Positions 61,313-64,000 of a stretch of DNA of 64,000 bases are shown in pieces (positions within the stretch are counted from its first letter, which is position 1; every line of letters begins with the position of its first letter). This stretch comes from Heteronotia binoei. Taxonomy: Eukaryota. The notes under the pieces are model-generated. The model was given only the letters and a program-made list of their open reading frames with translations, had not been told where the DNA came from and searched no databases. The position numbers were made by a program, and so were the translations under genes. The DNA lies in NCBI RefSeq assembly GCF_032191835.1, contig NC_083232.1:44702001-44766000 (forward strand). Direction: 5' to 3'.

Positions 61313-62224
61313 AACAAAATAAAGCAAAAATGATTCTCAGCTGTCCATCTGTAATAGGATTGGTATGAATAGGAACTGAACTGGATTTGCAAAAATAATT
61401 TTCCGGATTGCAATCCTGTGCATATTTATTTGAGAGAAAGTTCCATTGCTTCTGCTTTGACTTCCTTTGCACAGTAATTGAGGTACCCAACGTTTTCAAA
61501 GATATGAATAAAAAAGCTTATATCTGGGCCTTTTAAACCTAGATTAAAAATGAAAATGAGTTTGATATATATTGTTACCAGGATTAAGGATGTGAGATAC
61601 ATTTGTGGCTGTATAGTGACTTGAAATAGGATTGGTTATAGGTAGGAACAAAGGTGTATGTGTATTTTTTTTTAGTTCTGTTACAACCTGAGCTTTCTAC
61701 TCCCCCCTCCTCACCTGCCTCCCCCTTTATGACTGACTAGCTTGGTTGCTAAGGTAGCAGATTTGCACCTATTGTTCTTCAGCAAAGTAAAAGATAATTG
61801 CTGTTGCATTTTAGCCTCCTGGCTTTTGAACATCTTCTTTTAAGGTTTGACTGACACGTTAGTTTATTTGTCCTTGACAATATGCATGAGGTTTTTCATT
61901 AAGGGATTTGTACTTCTTTTTATTCAGTCACTTAAGGAAATAGAGATGAGAATTGACAGGGAGCGGATATTCATTTTCATGCAAAGTCAAGGAAGCATTA
62001 AGTGATTATGTTTCTTTTCTTTCAGATGTCAACATTTGCTGCAGTTTAAAGCACCTGTTATCCTTTTTCTAATAACTGGTTTGCTTTTAACTGACACTTT
62101 AATATCATACGTGTATTTCATACAATTATTGGGGAATATGACTTGATACAAGAAATCAACATTGCAAATTATGTTGTGTTGTTCCTCTGCTTTTTCATTT
62201 TATTTTTTCATTTTATTTCATTCA

Positions 62225-62415
62225 TACCCTGCCTTTCCCCTCCAAAGGGTGCCTAAAGCAGCTTACATCATGCTCTTCATTTTACCCTCACAACAAACTT
62301 CATGGTAGGTTAGGCTGAGAGGGTGTGATTGGCTCAAGGTCACTCAGCAAGCTTCCACAGCAGAGTCGGGATTTGAACCTGGGATTCCCAGATCCTGCTC
62401 TGACACTCTAACCCA
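62225..62415 (-). mobile_element. Squam3/MIR-like SINE (older copy)
   Basis: Reverse tRNA head gggatttgaacctggg and L2-like tail. Confidence 0.65.
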
Positions 62416-62571
62416 GAGGCAGATGAGAGCGAGAGAGACTCACACAGAATTGTTGGAGGACAAAAAGGTCCATTCTTATCTGACGCAGCAGAAATGATTG
62501 TTGTGGATGTATTACATGCTTCCCAGGGAGCCTAGCAAAGTGTGAAGGGGAGATGTGTCTCTCCAAACACA

Positions 62572-62813
62572 CAGGGCCAGTGCATGGTAGTAGGCCAGGT
62601 AGGTGACCACCTAGGGCACCATCTGACCTACAGGGGTGCCACTGGGTGCCTGCTAGCTGGCACGCCTGCCGTTCCCTGACATGTGCAAGGGAAAGAAGGC
62701 TCTGAGCAGGGCAGGGGCAGGCACTGCTCCTCTGCTTTTGCCTGCCCGGGTCTGTGTGGGTGGCAGGGTGGGGATTCTTGCCTGGAGTGGCAGAATCCCT
62801 AGCACTGGCCCTG
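62572..62813 (+). mobile_element. hAT MITE (CAGGGCCAGTGC TIR)
   Basis: Perfect 12-bp TIRs; perfect TSD CAAACACA. Confidence 0.9.
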
Positions 62814-63469
62814 CAAACACACCATGTTCAGCAGTAGACATGGAAGATATGCCAGATAGACATGGAAGATATCCCAACTGTATCCATTGCATATGGATTT
62901 GCTTGTGGTTTCTGGTTTTATTTTGTTCTTGTTATGACTGCATATACTTGTTGAAAAACACAACTGACTTGTTTGGCAAAAGCAGAATCAGATATTTATA
63001 AACTGAACATGGTAAGTGGGCGAGAAAAAAAAATTAACAAATCCAAAAATGAAAATTATACATTAGTAGCCATTATTTGATGTGGGTTTGAGGATCTCAT
63101 AAATAAAAATATTTTCTTGTTGCAGCTGAAGTTTTTTATTAGTATTCTGTGCTTGTAGACCACTTCTGCTGAACCTGCCATTGTGGAGGTGGGGATGGAC
63201 TGCTTATCTTTTGTTCAGATGAAGATTTTAGACAAATTCCAGTTTTAAAAATGTAAAGATTGATCAGTGGGATGAAAGGAAGGGGGTACCTAGACTAGAA
63301 TTTTATTTACAGGGGTTGATAGCTTGTGGAGAATTCAAAGGTAGGTACTACTGAAGAAATCATCTCCATGCTCCAAGTTCATGCTCAGTCCCCAGTTTGC
63401 ACCCAGCTCTATAGAGCGCCTTTCTACAAGTGTTTTTATTTAGATATGATGGTGGCTAATAGCTATGGA

Positions 63470-63585
63470 CAGGGCTTTTTTTTTTTTGTAGAAAAAGCCC
63501 AGTAGAAACTCATTTGCATATTAGGCCCTGATTCCAAGCCAGCTGGAGCTGTGTTCCTGTGCATTCCTGCTCACAAATAGCCATG
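63470..63585 (+). mobile_element. CAGGGCTTTT-family MITE
   Basis: Family core; TSD GCTATGGA / GCAATGGA. Confidence 0.85.
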
Positions 63586-64000
63586 GCAATGGACAAATTG
63601 AAGGCCTTTAAAGAGCTGTCTCCCTGTGTGGGTTATCTCTCTGTGTCCCAGATAATTGGGACCCCAGTTTCCTCCAACTTGATATTTAAAAATTCTTAGG
63701 CAATTGAGCATGAACTTCTTCCTCCTTTCTCATTCCCCCCATTTCTCCTCTTGAACTACCCTTTTAACTCCTGGAGATCAATGAGTATTCTTAGCTTTTG
63801 ATAAGCAACTTCTGGGTCCCCTCCCTTTTAAAAAATATATGGCCTCCTTTTCTGCATAGCTCTTGGTCATGCAGAAATCCATATGTTGTCTGAGATATGG
63901 CTTCAAGGAAGGGTGAAGGGCACAATTTGGAAATCCCACTCACCCAAATCTTCAGAAATCTATAAACTTTTAGGGGCTTGAGCTGGCCAATTTCCTCCCC

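Noticed and set aside
62011-62050. Strong acceptor tttcttttctttcag|ATG as DYNC1I1 exon 3
   Set aside because: In phase 0 it reads MSTFAAV-stop, not the expected ADMQQKKE-like sequence. Exon 3 is probably beyond the window.
1-64000. CRISPR array or other prokaryote-type system
   Set aside because: No regularly spaced repeat-spacer array; the dispersed repeats are TSD-flanked eukaryotic transposons.

Overview
Vertebrate genomic DNA, very probably a squamate and most likely a gecko (inferred from the SINE and MITE repertoire; no database check was possible). There is no CRISPR array or operon. One host gene is recognisable, DYNC1I1 (cytoplasmic dynein 1 intermediate chain 1) on the + strand. 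Its CpG-island promoter and non-coding exon 1 are inferred at about 31.5-32.1 kb. The first coding exon is at 60386-60502 (ATG 60395, [36 protein letters not shown]). The first ~31 kb is TE-rich upstream intergenic DNA. The outstanding element is a young, full-length 4649-bp Ty3/Gypsy (Mag-like) LTR retrotransposon at 40828-45476. It has 299-bp LTRs differing at 2 positions, a GAGGG TSD, a tRNA-Ser(GCT) PBS, a PPT, and a single gag-pol frame broken by three frameshifts plus one in-frame deletion. It lies in sense orientation in DYNC1I1 intron 1, inside a hAT MITE. Other elements include many hAT MITEs with verifiable 8-bp TSDs (some nested three deep), Harbinger-like palindromic MITEs, and a MER1/OposCharlie1-like hAT. 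There are also truncated L1, L2 and CR1 LINEs, a 2.4-kb RT-less L1-type retroposon, a solo LTR, and tRNA- and 5S-derived SINEs. I found no convincing wholly new biological system. The best leads are TE-host gene interactions in DYNC1I1 intron 1 and possibly unclassified TE families.
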